Positions 62,430 to 64,000 of a DNA stretch of 64,000 nt are shown here, in pieces. Positions within the stretch are counted from its first letter, which is position 1; every line of letters begins with the position of its first letter. Both the position numbers and the translations under genes were made by a program. Where the stretch lies: NCBI GenBank assembly GCA_964633285.1, contig CAZWGA010000001.1, positions 60,950 to 124,949 of the forward strand. The letters are read 5' to 3'. The notes below the pieces were generated by a model. It was not told where the DNA came from and made no database searches. It saw only the letters and a program-made list of their open reading frames with translations. Origin of the DNA: an uncultured Solibacteraceae bacterium. Its GTDB lineage: Bacteria > Acidobacteriota > Terriglobia > 20CM-2-55-15.

Positions 62430-63202
62430 AAGTCGTCATCCTGTGCGGCGGAATGGGCACGCGGCTTCGCGAAGAGACCGAATTGCGGCCGAAGCCGATG
62501 CTCGAAATCGGCGGCATGCCGATCCTCTGGCACATCATGAAAACGTACAGCCGGCATGGCTTCAGAGAGTTTGTGCTGTGTCTCGGTTACAAAGGCGAGG
62601 TGATCAAGGATTTTTTTTATCACTATGAAATGCTCGCCAACGATTTCACAATCGAGCTGGGACCCCGCAACATCGAAATCATTCCTCGTCACACGGAATC
62701 CGGTTGGAAAATCACTTTGGCAGATACGGGCCCGAACTCCATGACGGGCGCGCGCGTGAAGCGGATCGAAAAATACATTAACGATGAAACGTTTCTCCTG
62801 ACGTACGGGGACGGCGTCACGGATCTCGATGTCTCGCGAGTGCTCGACTTTCACCGTGAACATGGAAAGATCGGCACCGTCACCGGCGTTCGGCCCCCAT
62901 CACGATACGGAGAGCTCTCTATTCACGGGGATGAGGTCACAGCGTTCGATGAAAAGCCCGTGAACCCTCATGACAACGTGATCAGTGGAGGTTACTTCAT
63001 CTTCAATCGCAACATTTTCGGGTATCTGAGTGACGATGACGATTGTGTTCTTGAAAAAGAGCCGCTCGAACGGCTGGCTGCCGATAACGAACTGAAGGTC
63101 TACCACCACGATGGTTTTTGGCAGTGCATGGATACTTACCGCGATTACCGCTACCTGAACGAGCTCTGGGACAAGAACAAAGCTCCCTGGAAAACTTGGT
63201 AA
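62426..63202 (+). CDS. rfbF: Glucose-1-phosphate cytidylyltransferase
   Basis: [38 protein letters not shown].. ATG 62426 overlaps the upstream stop (ATGA). Confidence 0.85.
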   Translation: MKVVILCGGMGTRLREETELRPKPMLEIGGMPILWHIMKTYSRHGFREFVLCLGYKGEVIKDFFYHYEMLANDFTIELGPRNIEIIPRHTESGWKITLADTGPNSMTGARVKRIEKYINDETFLLTYGDGVTDLDVSRVLDFHREHGKIGTVTGVRPPSRYGELSIHGDEVTAFDEKPVNPHDNVISGGYFIFNRNIFGYLSDDDDCVLEKEPLERLAADNELKVYHHDGFWQCMDTYRDYRYLNELWDKNKAPWKTW

Positions 63203-64000
63203 CCGACAGTCCCTGGCAAAATAAAAACGTTTTCATTACCGGCTGTACAGGTCTGCTTGGATCGCATCTGACGCGCCGCTTGTGTGATGCCGGAGCCAAC
63301 GTTGTCGGGTTGATCCGCGACTGGCTGCCGGAAGCCGAGTTGATTCGCGCCGGAACGCTATCGAAGATGCGAGTCGTTCGTGGAGCTGTTGAAGACTACA
63401 GTCTTCTGGAAAGAGTCGTCAACGAATACGAAGTCGGACACGTTTTTCATCTGGCTGCGCAGACGATTGTGGGGATCGCCAACAACAATCCGCTTTCAAC
63501 TTTTGAAACGAATGTCAAGGGCACATGGAATCTGCTGGAGGCGTGCAGGCGGAATGGAGTGAAAGGCGTCATTGTTGCGTCGAGCGATAAGGCGTATGGC
63601 GCTCACGAGCAATTGCCGTATATGGAGAACGCCCCGCTCAAAGGAACGCACCCCTACGATGTTTCGAAGAGTTGCGCCGACCTCATTTCGCAGGCGTATC
63701 ACGAGACCTATGGCCTTCCGGTGTGCGTAAGCCGCTGCGGAAATTTGTTTGGAGGCGGCGATCTCAATTTCAACAGGCTGATTCCCGGTACTATCCGGTC
63801 CGTTATCTTCAACGAGCGGCCGGTGATTCGCAGCGACGGCAAATTTATTCGCGACTACATCTACGTTGAAGACGCCGTGAATGCGCTTTTGCTTCTTTCT
63901 GAACGCATGACCGATTCGAAATTCCACGGAGAGGCATTCAATTTCAGCAATGAGATTCAACTTACTGCGATTGAGCTGGTCGATCGCATTCTGAAAATCA
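63196..64000 (+). CDS. rfbG: CDP-glucose 4,6-dehydratase (3'-truncated by the window end)
   Basis: (M)[24 protein letters not shown].. ..SSDKAYG.. (YxxxK). Open to the window end. TTG 63196 overlaps the rfbF stop. Confidence 0.65.
   Translation, partial: MVTDSPWQNKNVFITGCTGLLGSHLTRRLCDAGANVVGLIRDWLPEAELIRAGTLSKMRVVRGAVEDYSLLERVVNEYEVGHVFHLAAQTIVGIANNNPLSTFETNVKGTWNLLEACRRNGVKGVIVASSDKAYGAHEQLPYMENAPLKGTHPYDVSKSCADLISQAYHETYGLPVCVSRCGNLFGGGDLNFNRLIPGTIRSVIFNERPVIRSDGKFIRDYIYVEDAVNALLLLSERMTDSKFHGEAFNFSNEIQLTAIELVDRILKI

Overview
This is a gene-dense, high-GC (roughly 58-62% by eye) bacterial chromosomal segment with many TTG/GTG starts and 4-nt ATGA/TTGA start/stop overlaps. The gene content loosely resembles Acidobacteriota-like soil bacteria: a zf-HC2/HEAT anti-sigma factor, a DUF4097 protein and a matrixin carrying a CarbopepD_reg-like domain. 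Positions 1-29 kb are mostly housekeeping genes. They include pfkA, argD, a NUDIX hydrolase, an MFS transporter, nnr-tsaE, an M16 peptidase, an ECF sigma/anti-sigma/DUF4097 module, an MltD-like lytic transglycosylase, comEC, rlmD, the mnmA-iscU-nifS thiolation/Fe-S operon and citrate synthase. Several accessory-looking modules sit among them: a GT2/HIT-like/SpoIID trio, a desaturase divergent from a ferredoxin-domain pair, and an apparent selenocysteine peroxiredoxin followed by a 38-bp perfect inverted repeat. Positions 30-39 kb hold a UpxY-like NusG paralog with a CpsB phosphatase, and a convergent five-gene operon in which two secreted proteins and a matrixin precede gmd-fcl. A beta-helix (pectate-lyase-superfamily) protein follows. 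From 39.5 kb to the window end runs one large plus-strand polysaccharide locus. It encodes a pseudaminic/legionaminic-acid-like nonulosonic acid pathway (DegT x2, NeuB/PseI-like, PseG-like, hexapeptide acetyltransferases, two CMP-sugar cytidylyltransferases), WbqC, LmbE and a methyltransferase. It also has a Wzx flippase, a Wzy-like membrane protein, a CDP-hexose arm (rfbF, 5' part of rfbG) and, unusually, three radical SAM enzymes (two paralogous SPASM-type, one B12-binding). No CRISPR array, rRNA, transposase or integrase was seen. I could not confirm any tRNA by eye. Coordinates were checked against the printed sequence at start/stop codons where stated. All homology calls are by motif recognition, not database search.
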